Shown here: positions 9,261-19,700 of the stretch, in pieces
How positions within the stretch are numbered: the stretch's first letter is position 1
Layout of the letters: every line of letters begins with the position of its first letter
Origin: an uncultured Eggerthellaceae bacterium
Lineage (GTDB): Bacteria; Actinomycetota; Coriobacteriia; Coriobacteriales; Eggerthellaceae
Direction: 5' to 3'
Length of the DNA stretch: 27,787 bases
NCBI GenBank assembly: GCA_964402005.1
Contig: CAYOBD010000002.1
Span: 1 to 27,787 of the forward strand
Position numbers and translations under genes: made by a program
Notes under the pieces: model-generated
Told to the model about the DNA's origin: nothing
What the model saw: the letters and a program-made list of their open reading frames with translations, nothing else
The model's database searches: none

Positions 9261-9671
9261 ATGAAGAGCATCACCGTTCCCGCAACTGACGAGGATCCCA
9301 ATCCCGTAATCGAATTCGTGGAAGAAGAGCTTTCCCGCCACGATTGTCCGTCGCGCGCTCTCTACCAGATCGAGGTCGCCATTGAGGAAATCCTGGTCAA
9401 TATCGTGAACTACGCGGGGCTTTCAGGCGATGAAGGCGTAGAGGTTCGCTGCGAGGTGCGCGACGAGCCGCTGAGCGTGATCATACAATTCCTTGACGGA
9501 GGCATCCCCTTCGATCCTTTGGCGATGAAGGATCCCGATATTTCGCCAGAGGCGAACGAGGAACGTGAAGGGGGTCTCGGCATTTTCATGGTGAAGCAGA
9601 TGATGGACAGCGTGTCCTATGCCTACGAAGGCGGCAAGAATACGCTCACGATTCTGAAGAACCTGGAATAG
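9261..9671 (+). CDS. Anti-sigma factor Ser/Thr kinase (RsbW/SpoIIAB-like, HATPase_c), 136 aa
   Basis: N-box IEEILVNIVNYA, G1 FLDGGIPFDP and G2 EGGLGIFMVKQMMD. RBS AAAGGAG. Confidence 0.92.
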   Translation: MKSITVPATDEDPNPVIEFVEEELSRHDCPSRALYQIEVAIEEILVNIVNYAGLSGDEGVEVRCEVRDEPLSVIIQFLDGGIPFDPLAMKDPDISPEANEEREGGLGIFMVKQMMDSVSYAYEGGKNTLTILKNLE

Positions 9672-9697
9672 GTTCCTACTAATCGGGAAGTTTCTTG

Positions 9698-9736
9698 AAA
9701 ACTGCGCAAGGGCACTGGGTGCTTTTGCGCAGTTTT
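9698..9736 (+). terminator. Probable intrinsic terminator ending the partner-switch operon
   Basis: aaaactgcgcaagggcac-tgg-gtgcttttgcgcagtttt: an 18-bp stem with two G-U pairs ending in a T run, 26 bp after the rsbW-like stop. Confidence 0.75.
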
Positions 9737-9757
9737 TGCAATAGAGCGGAGAAACAT

Positions 9758-10615
9758 ATGGAGACGATTGCATATTACGACGGGCAGATCGGCAGCCCTG
9801 ATGAGCTGACGGTGCCGTTCAATGACCGTACGCATTTCTTTGGGGATGGTGTGTACGATGCGGCCATGGGTGTGAACGGACGGGTGTTCTTAATCGACGA
9901 CCACCTGGATCGTTTCTACTCGAGCGCGGCGATTTTCGGCATCAACGTGCCTATGGGGCGCGACGAGCTCGGAAGATTGTTGCATGATCTGCTGGCGCGG
10001 GTGGAAGGGCCGTCCCATTTGGTGTACTGGCAGGTTTCGCGCGGCATCCAACTGCGCGGTCATGCATACGATCCTGCGATCCCGGGTGTGCTGTCGGCCG
10101 TGATGATCCCCGATCCCATCGGCGATCCCGACGTGCCGTTCAAGCTGATCACGCATGAGGATCTGCGCTTCGGATATTGCCATGTGAAAACGCTGAACCT
10201 GATGCCAGCTGTGCAGTATGCGCAGTTGGCGACGCTAGCGGGCGCCGATGAGACCGTGCTGCACCGCGATGGCATCGTGACGGAATGCGCCCATTCGAAC
10301 GTGAGCATCCTGCGGGGAGGCACGCTGTATTCGCATCCCAACGACAACCATATTCTGCGCGGCATTGCGAAGACGCACTTGATTCAGGCGTGTTATCGCG
10401 AGGGCGTGGAGGTGATGGAGCGTGCGTTCACGCTCGATGAGCTGATGGAGGCTGATGAGGTAATCGTGACGGCCTCGTCTCATCCGTGCACGTTCGCAAG
10501 CGAAGTAGATGGCGTGCCCGTTGGCGGCCACGATCCGCAAACGCTCGCCCGTCTGCAGCAGGCAACTTACAAGGAGCTCTTCGACTATTGCGGCATCGAT
10601 GCCATTCCGCGGTAG
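9758..10615 (+). CDS. dat: Aminotransferase class IV, probably D-amino-acid aminotransferase (285 aa)
   Basis: DRTHFFGDGVYD, RGIQLRGH (R-x-H as in Bacillus D-AAT), Schiff-base KTLNL, TECAHSNV and ILRGI. The start is moved to the ATG at 9758; the track's upstream extension runs through the terminator. Confidence 0.8.
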   Translation: METIAYYDGQIGSPDELTVPFNDRTHFFGDGVYDAAMGVNGRVFLIDDHLDRFYSSAAIFGINVPMGRDELGRLLHDLLARVEGPSHLVYWQVSRGIQLRGHAYDPAIPGVLSAVMIPDPIGDPDVPFKLITHEDLRFGYCHVKTLNLMPAVQYAQLATLAGADETVLHRDGIVTECAHSNVSILRGGTLYSHPNDNHILRGIAKTHLIQACYREGVEVMERAFTLDELMEADEVIVTASSHPCTFASEVDGVPVGGHDPQTLARLQQATYKELFDYCGIDAIPR

Positions 10616-10701
10616 CAAACAAACGCTCCCGATCACCAAAGGACAGGCATCCCAGGCGGCCGCAGCGGCAGCTTGTTTCGCCGGCCGATAGGTCGGTGGA
10701 G

Positions 10702-11718
10702 CTAAATAGACGGAATGGCAATCAAGAAGCAGGCGCCGCCTTCGGGGCGATTGAAGGCCTCTACGGTGCCGTCATGTGCTTCGACGATGGATTTCACGAT
10801 GGCAAGCCCCAATCCGGTGCCGCCCGTGTTGCGCGCGCGCGATACGTCGGCGCGGTAGAAGCGGTCGAATAGCAGGTTGGGATCGATGTCGCCGAATCCG
10901 CAGCCATCGTCTTTCACCTGCACGACGGAATTGTCGCGCAGGCCGCACAGATCCACTATGATGTGCCCGCCTGGCTCGATGAAACGGCTGGCGTTTTCGA
11001 CCAGGTTCGTGAGTGCCTCCTTCAGACGGTCGGAGTTGCCCAGCACGTCGGGGGCCTCGCCGACCACCTTCACGTTGGCACCGCGCTCCTCAAGGATGGG
11101 ATGCAGCGCATCCACGACGCTTTCTGCGACATCGCGCAGGTTCACGCGCCGCAGGTTGGTCGTCGTATCATCGTTCTCGATGCGCTGAAGCGTGAGCAGG
11201 TCGTTGACCAGGCGGCTGAGGCGCTCGCTTTCGCCGACGATGATCTTCACGAACTTCTGATGGAGCTCTGGCGGCAGGTCGGGATCATCGAGGAGCTCGG
11301 CGTTGCCGCGGATGGCCGTCAGGGGAGTGCGCAGCTCGTGCGCCACATCGCTGACGAATTCGTTCTGCCGGTTGCTTTCGCGCATCAGCTCGCTTTGCTG
11401 CGATTGCACCTTATTGATCAAGCTGCCGATGGTGACCGAGATGGAGTCTGCCTCATACAGGCGCCCGTCAGGGGCGAATTCGACATCGACTCCGCTGCGA
11501 TACAGCTCGACCTTGCGAACAAGCAGAAGGAGCGGCTCGGCAAGGAAATGCCCGATCACCAGGCTCAGCACGAAGGTGATCAGCGCCGCCGGCACAAGCA
11601 GCGCGAATGCTCGCCAAGGTACGCCGAACAGGAACATGCAGATAAAGAGCACGATAGCCCCAGCGAGCAGCATCAACAGCGTCGCCAGAAGCGCGAAGTA
11701 TGTCTCTAGGCGCTTTAT
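10702..11718 (-). CDS. Sensor histidine kinase (2 TM, HAMP-like, HisKA, HATPase_c); start uncertain (ATA 11718, or TTG 11676 / ATG 11673)
   Basis: H-box FVSDVAHELRTPLTAI, N-box NLVENA, DDGCG, FDRFYRAD and GGTGLGLAIVKSIVEAHDG. The frame is open upstream of 11676 as IKRLETYFALLATL. Confidence 0.88.
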   Translation of the reverse strand: MKRLETYFALLATLLMLLAGAIVLFICMFLFGVPWRAFALLVPAALITFVLSLVIGHFLAEPLLLLVRKVELYRSGVDVEFAPDGRLYEADSISVTIGSLINKVQSQQSELMRESNRQNEFVSDVAHELRTPLTAIRGNAELLDDPDLPPELHQKFVKIIVGESERLSRLVNDLLTLQRIENDDTTTNLRRVNLRDVAESVVDALHPILEERGANVKVVGEAPDVLGNSDRLKEALTNLVENASRFIEPGGHIIVDLCGLRDNSVVQVKDDGCGFGDIDPNLLFDRFYRADVSRARNTGGTGLGLAIVKSIVEAHDGTVEAFNRPEGGACFLIAIPSI

Positions 11719-12410
11719 TGCTTGAACCTGTAGCCGTAGCCGCGGACCGTTTCAACGAGGCCGGGATCATAGCCGGCTTGTTCGATCTTGTCACGCAGGC
11801 GCTTGATGTGCGTATCGACGGTCTTGGTTTCCGTCAGATATTCCCAGCCCCACGCATCGCGCAACAGATCCTCGCGCGAGACGACCTTGCCGGCGTTCTT
11901 CATCAAGCTGGCGAGCAGTTCGAACTCGCGTGGCGTCAGGTCGAGCGGGCCGGCGTCGCCTTTTGCCGTATGGGCATCCTCGTCCAGCGTGATGCCGCCT
12001 GCCGTGATGGCATGCGACGAGGTGGGGAAATCGCCGCCTGAACCGCGCCGCAGTAGCGCATGCACGCGCGCAATCAGTTCGCGGACGCCGAATGGCTTGG
12101 CCAGATAGTCATCAGCGCCCAGTTCCAAGCCAACTACTTTATCAAGCTCGGTGTCGCGGGCCGAAAGGAACAGCACCGGGGCAGAGGTCATGGTGCGCAG
12201 CCGGCGGCACAGCTCGTAGCCGTCCATGCCGGGCAACATGATGTCGAGCACGAACAGGTCGTACGCGGTGCTCTTCGCCATAGCCAGCGCTACTTCGCCG
12301 TTGTCTGCTACATCGACGTCGTAGCCTTCCTTCTTCAGCGCGTAGCCGACGAACTCGGTAATGGAGCTTTCGTCGTCTACGACCAGTATGCGTCTTCCCT
12401 TGTCTGCCAT
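11715..12410 (-). CDS. OmpR/PhoB-family response regulator (231 aa)
   Basis: ILVVDDE, LFVLDIMLPGMDG, FLSARD, GADDYLAKPF, and winged-helix motifs LTPREFELL, VDTHIKRLRDK and TVRGYGY. RBS GAAAGGA supports the ATG at 12410. Confidence 0.95.
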   Translation of the reverse strand: MADKGRRILVVDDESSITEFVGYALKKEGYDVDVADNGEVALAMAKSTAYDLFVLDIMLPGMDGYELCRRLRTMTSAPVLFLSARDTELDKVVGLELGADDYLAKPFGVRELIARVHALLRRGSGGDFPTSSHAITAGGITLDEDAHTAKGDAGPLDLTPREFELLASLMKNAGKVVSREDLLRDAWGWEYLTETKTVDTHIKRLRDKIEQAGYDPGLVETVRGYGYRFKQ

Positions 12411-12582
12411 AGGACGTTCCTTTCTCGGCAACGGTTTACGCCAGTGCATGCCGTCAAACGAGCTGCAACCCTGCAGTCGATTCCGACGCCGCATTTGTCT
12501 TAGCTGCTATCATAGCGTTATGCGCCTAAAAGCGGCGCGAGATGAGCGCTCGTAACTGCATGCGAAGGGGATTGTTGGAATC

Positions 12583-13365
12583 ATGTTACTTGCAATCGAC
12601 GTGGGAAATACGCAAACCGTGTTCGGCGTGTACGATGGCGAGTCGCTACGCAGCATGTGGCGGGTCGCGACTAATAAGAACCATACGCCCGACGAGTTGC
12701 GCCTGAAGGTGCTCCCGCTGCTCGATGCAGGCGGTTATGACCTGGATGCCATCAACGGGGCAGTGCTGGCTTCGGTTGTGCCGTATCTTACGGCTGCTTG
12801 GAGCGATGCGCTGCAGAGTCTGCTGGGCAAGCCGCCGCTGGTCCGCAATGCGCAGACGGCAGGAGATTTGTTCCAAGCGGAGTATGCCAACCCGTCCGAA
12901 ATCGGCGCCGACCGCGTGGCCGATGCGGTGGCAGCGCGCGCATTGTATGGAGCGCCGGTCGTTGTAGTGGATTTCGGCACGGCGACCAACATCGAGGTCG
13001 TGGACGCGCGGGGCAAGTTCATCGGCGGTGTTATCGCGCCCGGTATGGAGACGTCGGCTGCGGCGTTGTTCTCGCATGCCACAAAACTGGCTGCCACCGA
13101 GTTGGTCGAACCGGGGACGGGCATCGGAGGCAACACGGCGCAGGCTATCCAGGTCGGTATCGTGTACGGCGAGGTCGACCGCGTCGACGGTTTGGTGACC
13201 CGCATCTTCAACCAGTTGGGTTATACGGCTCCCGTCATCGCGACCGGTGGCTTGGCGCAGCGCGTGGCGCCTCTGTCGCGTACGATCACCGATGTGAATC
13301 AGGAACTCACCCTGGAAGGCTTGCGCCGCATCTATGAATGCTCGGGCGCAGATTCTCGAGAATGA
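12583..13365 (+). CDS. coaX: Type III pantothenate kinase (260 aa)
   Basis: LLAIDVGNTQT, EIGADR, VVVDFGTATN, GGVIAPG and LTLEGL. Confidence 0.95.
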   Translation: MLLAIDVGNTQTVFGVYDGESLRSMWRVATNKNHTPDELRLKVLPLLDAGGYDLDAINGAVLASVVPYLTAAWSDALQSLLGKPPLVRNAQTAGDLFQAEYANPSEIGADRVADAVAARALYGAPVVVVDFGTATNIEVVDARGKFIGGVIAPGMETSAAALFSHATKLAATELVEPGTGIGGNTAQAIQVGIVYGEVDRVDGLVTRIFNQLGYTAPVIATGGLAQRVAPLSRTITDVNQELTLEGLRRIYECSGADSRE

Positions 13366-13422
13366 GTCGCAGAGAACTGTTCTTATCGATGAGTCGCAGA
13401 GAACTGTTCTCTGCGACTCATT
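13361..13422. repeat. 22-bp direct duplication plus a perfect 33-bp palindrome; probable coaX terminator
   Basis: atgagtcgcagagaactgttct at 13362-13383 and 13389-13410. The palindrome atgagtcgcagagaac-t-gttctctgcgactcat spans 13389-13421. Confidence 0.85.
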
Positions 13423-13635
13423 AAGGTCGTCTTGATTTCACATCTTAGCCTTGCATTCCGGTCTTATCGTGATCGGTTGGAAATCGATGGGGAAGGCTGT
13501 TAGAAAAGACGGCGTCCCAGAGCCATGCATTGCGAAAGAGATATGGAATTGATCGTCTTTAAATTCAAGAAAACTGCATTTCAGCGATGGTTGCCGCGCC
13601 GTTTCGTCTGTTAGCGCTCTGCATGCGGAAAAGCT

Positions 13636-13665
13636 GGGACAAAGGTTACTGTCTGTACGTATAAT
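13636..13665 (+). promoter_or_regulatory. Candidate housekeeping-sigma promoter of the giant gene
   Basis: Perfect TATAAT at 13660-13665, with GGGACA (4/6 to TTGACA) 18 bp upstream. A small dyad actta-tctgg-taagt (13667-13681) covers the expected start site. Confidence 0.5.
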
Positions 13666-13704
13666 GACTTATCTGGTAAGTGTAACAACGCTCGGGGGGC
13701 TGCG

Positions 13705-13791
13705 ATGAAATTGACTATGGTTCGCAGGGTTTTGGCGTTTGTAGTATCTGCATCGATGGTCTTCGGATTGACGCCGGCGTACGCTTATGCG
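13705..13791 (+). other. Sec signal peptide of the giant protein
   Basis: MKLTMVRR (basic) - VLAFVVSASMVFGL (hydrophobic) - TPAYAYA (A-x-A cleavage site). Confidence 0.85.
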
Positions 13792-16700
13792 GACACGTCT
13801 GCAGCCGAGCCAGAGGTGCAAGAAGAGCCGGCAGCATCGGCGGAACCTGCTGCGCTCGCAGCGCCAGCCGCTTCTGCAACCGATGCCCTCGATGTGCCGA
13901 ACGCGTTTATCCCGCAATCCGGCGCTATGCTCACCGTGGGCACGCCTTCCACCGCTCAGGCGATTGTGGTAAGCGATTGGGAAACCCTGCAAGAAGAAGT
14001 CACAAATGCCAGCGCTGACCAGGAATTCAAACTGGGCGGCAATGTGGTCAATTACGGGAAGGATAAGGGCCGCATCAAAGTCACCAAGTCCATCACGATC
14101 GATCTTGCCGGCCATAAACTGGACCGCGACCTCGCTGAATCATCCGTGAGAGACGGCGGCCACGTCATAGAGGTTTACTCAGGCGCAACGCTGACCGTCA
14201 AAGACAGCGTGGGCGGCGGAACGATTACCGGCGGCCACGGATACTGGGGCGGAGGCATCTACGTCAACGAAGGCGCCACGTTCAAGCTCGAAAGCGGCAC
14301 CATCACCGGCAACACCGCCAATACCCTTGGCGGCGGCATATACGTAGGCGGCACCCTGATCATGTCGGGCGGCTCCGTCTACAAAAACACGTGCACAGGC
14401 GACGAAGACAGCCACGGAGGCGGCGGCGTATACGTAGACGGCTCCATGACCATGTCGGGCGGCGCCATCTCGAACAACACGAGTTATGGCGACGGCGGCG
14501 GTGTCTACGTATACAAGAACGCCAGCATGACCATGTCGGGCGGCGCCATCTCGAACAACGAGACTAGCAGCGACGGCGGTGGACTTCGCGTGAGCGGAAC
14601 CCTGACCACGACGGGCGGCACCATCTCGAGCAACACCGGAGATAAGACCGGCGGCGGCATCTACGTAAGCGATGATGGCCGGATTAACCTTGACGGCACG
14701 ACCATATCCGGCAACATCTCGAACGGTACCGGCGGTGGTTTGAACGTGCATCTGAAGGATGACACGTCGGTCATCAAGAACTGCTCGATTACGGGCAATA
14801 GTTCGAAGGATTTCGGCGGCGGCTTGCGCTTGGACCCGGCCAGCAACAGCAGAAAGCTGACGGTCGAAAACACGCGCATCGATAACAACAGGACGACCGC
14901 CTACAACGACGGTGGCGGCATCTACGTGAGCTACGGATCCCTCACGATGACCGGCGGCACGATCTCCGGCAACACCGCATACGGCGGCGGTGGCGGCGTC
15001 AAAGTCAAAGACGGCACGACCTTCACTGCAAATGGCGTTACCATCAGCAACAACACGGCAAGCCGGGAAGAAGGCGGCGGCATAAAGAACTTCGGCACCA
15101 CGAGCCTTGCGAACTGCACAATCTCGGGGAATACCGCGAAGTTTCAGGGTGGCGGCATCTACAACGACGACGATGGCAATGGCAACGGCGCTGGCTTGTT
15201 GACGCTTACAAGCTGCACCATTACCGGCAATCAATCAACCAGCAGCAATGGCGGCGGCGTCTACTCAAACGAGACGCTGAGAGTACACGGCGGCAGCGAT
15301 TCCGCAAGCGCAGTGCGGATTTCCGGGAACACCGCAAGCACCGGCGGCGGCATCTTCCTCGGCTCGGACTCCGATGACACCAGCATTTGGGGTTTGATCG
15401 TGGTGGAAAACAACATCGCGTCCACCGGCAAAGACATCTACCTGCGACCGGAACGAAAGCTTGCCATGTCCAGGTTCGCGGGCCAGCTGGTCGAAGGCTC
15501 CCATATCGGCGTCACCATGTACGAAGGGCTCGGAACCTTCACGACGGGCTATAGCAGCAAAAACTCCGCCGACCCCTCAACGTATTTCTTCTCCCCGGAT
15601 GGGTACGAGATTGCCTTCACCGACAATAAGCAGGAGGCGCAGATCGTAACCCAGTGGAAGGCCCTTCAAATCAACATCGACGCCGAACCCGCAAACGGAA
15701 CCGTGTCGCTGACACACGATTACACGAGGCTTTCCAGCGACATCAGGCTGCAGATCAAAAAGAATGTCACGATCGACTTGGCCGGCTTCACGCTGAACCG
15801 CAACCTCTCATCGTTGAAAGACAACGGCCATGTCATTGAGGTGCTCAACGGCGCAGCGCTCACCATCACGGATAGCAGCGCTTCGGACGGCAATCTGGGG
15901 ACCGGAAAGATCACCGGCGGATACGCCGGTTGGGGCGGCGGCGTCTACGTCGCCGAAGGCGCCGCGTTCAACTTCGAAAGCGGCACCATTACCAGCAATA
16001 CCGCCAATACCCTTGGCGGCGGCATATACGTTGGCGGCACCCTGACCATGTCGGGTGGTTCTGTCTATAAAAACGACTGTAAAGGCGACAACTCCGGTCA
16101 CGGCGGCGGTGGCATATACATTGACGGCTCCATGGCCATGTCGGGCGGCTCCATCTCCGGAAATACGGTCGAAGGCCACGGCGGTGGTATTTTCGTTTAT
16201 AGCAACGCCTCCCTCACTATGACGGGCGGCACCATCTCCAGCAACGAGACGACCTCTGGCGCGGGCGGCGGAATCTTTGTGAAGTCCAACGGCTGGATCA
16301 AGCTCAGCAATGCAATCATCACTAACAACACCGCAGACGATGAAGGCGGTGGCATATATGTTCATCTGAGGTCGAATTCGTCCATCGATAATTGCAAAAT
16401 CACCTCCAACCACGCAGGCGATGCAGGCGGCGGCCTGTACATGGATGAATCGGGCCGCAAGCTTACGATCACTGACACGCAAATCGACAATAACGTGTCA
16501 GGGGAAGGCGGCGGAGGCCTCTGCTTGCATAACGGTACCATCGAGATGTCTGTCAGCGAAGGGCAGTCAGGCTCCATTTCGCACAACAAAGCACCTGAAG
16601 GCGGCGGTGCGACGATAGCGAGCCAAACATCTTTCACAGCGACCGGTATCACCGTCGAAGACAACGAGGCGGAAACCGGGCAGGGCGGCGGCATCAAGAA

Positions 16701-19700
16701 CTTCGGCATCACGAAACTTTCAGGCTGCACCACACGTTTGAACCATGCGCATGAGCAAGGCGGCGGCATCTTCAATGACAACAACCCGAACAACAGCAAG
16801 AGCGAAGGCACCCTGATACTTGAGAACAGCGTCATCTCCGGCAACAACTCCGACGACGATGGCGGCGGCATCTACACCGACAAGGTGCTGAAGATCAACG
16901 GCGGAACCACCTCTGAAAACAGCGTATACATTTTCAACAACACTGCGATACGCGGCGGCGGGGTCTTCGTCGGCCTGGATTCCGACACGACAGAAATCAA
17001 GGGCGACATTGTCGTGAAGGATAACTCCGCAGTGGCAGAGGCTCCGGATGTCTACGTTCGGGAAGACCAGGTGCTCACCGTAACCGGAGCGCTGTCCGAG
17101 AGCGCGCGGATCGGCATCACGATGGAAGACGACATCGGGACCTTCACGAGCGGGTACAAAGCGAAAAACGGCACGAACCCGCCCGATAAGTACTTCTTCT
17201 CACCCGATGGGCTCGATGTCGGCTATGACTTTTTACACACCGAGGCGCAGCTCAAATCGACATGGAGAACCCTCCAAGCAGATATCGACGCCACTGCAAG
17301 GGGCGGAGTCCTCACGCTTCCGCATGACTACACGGCCACATCGGTCGACGATCGGCTTCAAATCAAGAAGGACATCACGATCGACCTGGCCGGCTTTACG
17401 CTGAACCGGAACCTTTCAGATAAGAAGGAAGACGGCCACGTCTTCGAAGTGTTCAACGGCGCAACGCTCACCATCATTGACAGCAGCGACACGGGTACCG
17501 GCACAATCACCGGCGGTTATTCGGCATACGGAGGCGGCATCTACGTCAACAAGGGCGCTACCCTCAAGTTCGAAGGCGGCACCATCACCGGCAACAAGGC
17601 CGGCACGGATGGCGGCGGCATCTACGTATCGGGTACGCTCGTCATGACGGGCGGTGCCGTGTCCTACAACTATGCAGATGACGAAGGCGGCGGCATATAC
17701 CTGGAGGCGCAGGCCAATTCGACTATCAAAGACTGCACGATCGACCATGACGAATCAGATAAAGCCGGCGGCGGAATCTATATGGACGCAAAAGGCAAGA
17801 AACTGACGATTTCCGGCGCAAGTATCACCGACAACAAGGCCGGCAAGAAAGGCGGCGGCATCTGCCTGCACTGGGGCACCATCGAGATGAACGGCGGCAC
17901 ACTGTCCAACAACACCGCGTCCGGCGCGGGCGGCGGCATCGCGGTCACAAGCGGCACGGTCTTCACGGCGACCGGCGTCACCATCAACGACAACACCGCG
18001 GGTGATGAAGGCGGCGGCGTCAATAACGTCGGCACGGCGACGCTGAAGAATTGCGACATCATGGGAAACCGTGCGAAGGAGCAGGGCGGCGGCATCTTCA
18101 ACGACAACGACGGCGATAGCCTGGGCGACATGACGCTCGAGAGCTGCACCATCTCCAACAATACGTCGGGTGACGACGGCGGCGGCGTCTACTCCGATAA
18201 GATGCTGAAGATCGTCGGCGGGACAATCGGCAAGACCACCAGAAACGGCGTGGAGATTCCCGGCAACACCGCAGATGACAAAGGCGGCGGCATCTTCATC
18301 GGCAAGGAAGCCGATTCCACAGAAATCAAGGGCGCCATCCTGGTAGAAGGCAACACAGCGCCAACTGCCAACGACCTCTATCTGCGGAAGAGTCAGAAGC
18401 TAACCATCGCCGGGGCCATCACAGGCACCAGGATCGGCTATATCGACATGCAGGACCCTGGAGACTTCACGGTGAATTACCGCAACAGGCACTCGGAGGC
18501 CCCCAATACGTTTTTCGGCACAGGAGACGGGGCGATTCCCGTCGTTTGGTCGGAGAGCAGGACGGAAGCAAGGATCCATTCTTCCTGGCCGGCGCTTCAA
18601 GAGCTTATAAACCAAGCAGCGGAAAACGGCCGGCCCGTAGTGCTCAGCCAAAGCTACACAGCATGTTCGACCGATAAGGTGCTGAAGATTCCTGCAGGCA
18701 AATCCGTCACGATAAACCTGAACGGCTATACGCTGGACCGCAACCTTTCGTCCCACGAGGAAGACGGCCACGTCATCGAGGTGCTCGAAGGCTCGAGCAT
18801 CGCGAAGACGACCTTGACCATCCAGGACAACCCAACCGACAACCACGGTCCAGGGCCTGGAACGATTACCGGCGGCTTTTCGGGTCGCGGCGGCGGCATC
18901 TACATCCATGACAACGCCATCCTCAACTTGGAGGGCGGCGCCATCGTCGGCAACGGTTCGAAAAAGGACGGCGGCGGCATCCTTGTCAGAAGTGAGGGCA
19001 CCCTGAACATGTCGGGCGGTACCGTGTCGGACAACAGAGCGGGCACGGATGGCGGCGGCATTTGCGTAGAAGGCTCTATGAACTCGACGGGCGGCACCGT
19101 TTCCGGCAACACTGCGGATGATACCGGCGGCGGCATCTATGTAAGCTCCAGCGGGAAGATCGACCTGGATGGCACGACCATCTCCGGCAACACTGCGGAT
19201 GATACCGGTGGCGGCCTGAACGTGCATCTGAACGACGACGAGTCGATAATCAAGAATTGCTGGATTACCGACAACAGGTCCGATGACTTCGGTGGCGGCC
19301 TGCGCCTTGATGCAAGCGGCAGGACGTTGACGATCAGAGATACGCACATCGATGGCAATACGGCCAGCGATAACGACGGCGGCGGCATCTACGTGCGCTA
19401 CGGAACCCTCCATGTGATAGGCGGCACGATCTCCGGCAACATCGCATCCGACGGGGGCGGTGGCGTGAAGGTGAAAGACGGCGCGACCTTCACTGCATCG
19501 GGCGTTACCATCAGCGACAATACGGCAAGCGGTGCTGAGGGCGGCGGTGTCAAGAGCTTCGGCACGGCGAGCCTTGCGAATTGCACAATCACGGGGAACA
19601 CCGCGCATAAGCAGGGCGGCGGCGTCTACAACGATAACGAGAGCGGCGGAAAAGGCGAGCTGACGCTTACGAATTGCACCATTACCGGCAACAGGTCGGA

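Noticed and set aside
9695-9757. Longer start for dat
   Set aside because: The extension runs through the terminator hairpin, and an RBS-like sequence precedes the ATG at 9758.
12411-12494. Longer start for the response regulator
   Set aside because: The RBS and receiver-domain boundary support the ATG at 12410.
12506-12516. gctat-c-atagc dyad giving overlapping divergent -10-like boxes
   Set aside because: Only 5-bp arms and no matching -35 on either strand, so it is compatible with chance.
13361-13422. Possible CRISPR array
   Set aside because: Only two 22-bp copies separated by 5 nt, with no spacers of CRISPR length and no cas genes.
13422-13704. c-di-GMP or other riboswitch upstream of the giant gene
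   Set aside because: There is a GAAA-containing stem but no GCAAA/GEMM consensus, and the likely TATAAT promoter leaves only a ~35-nt leader.
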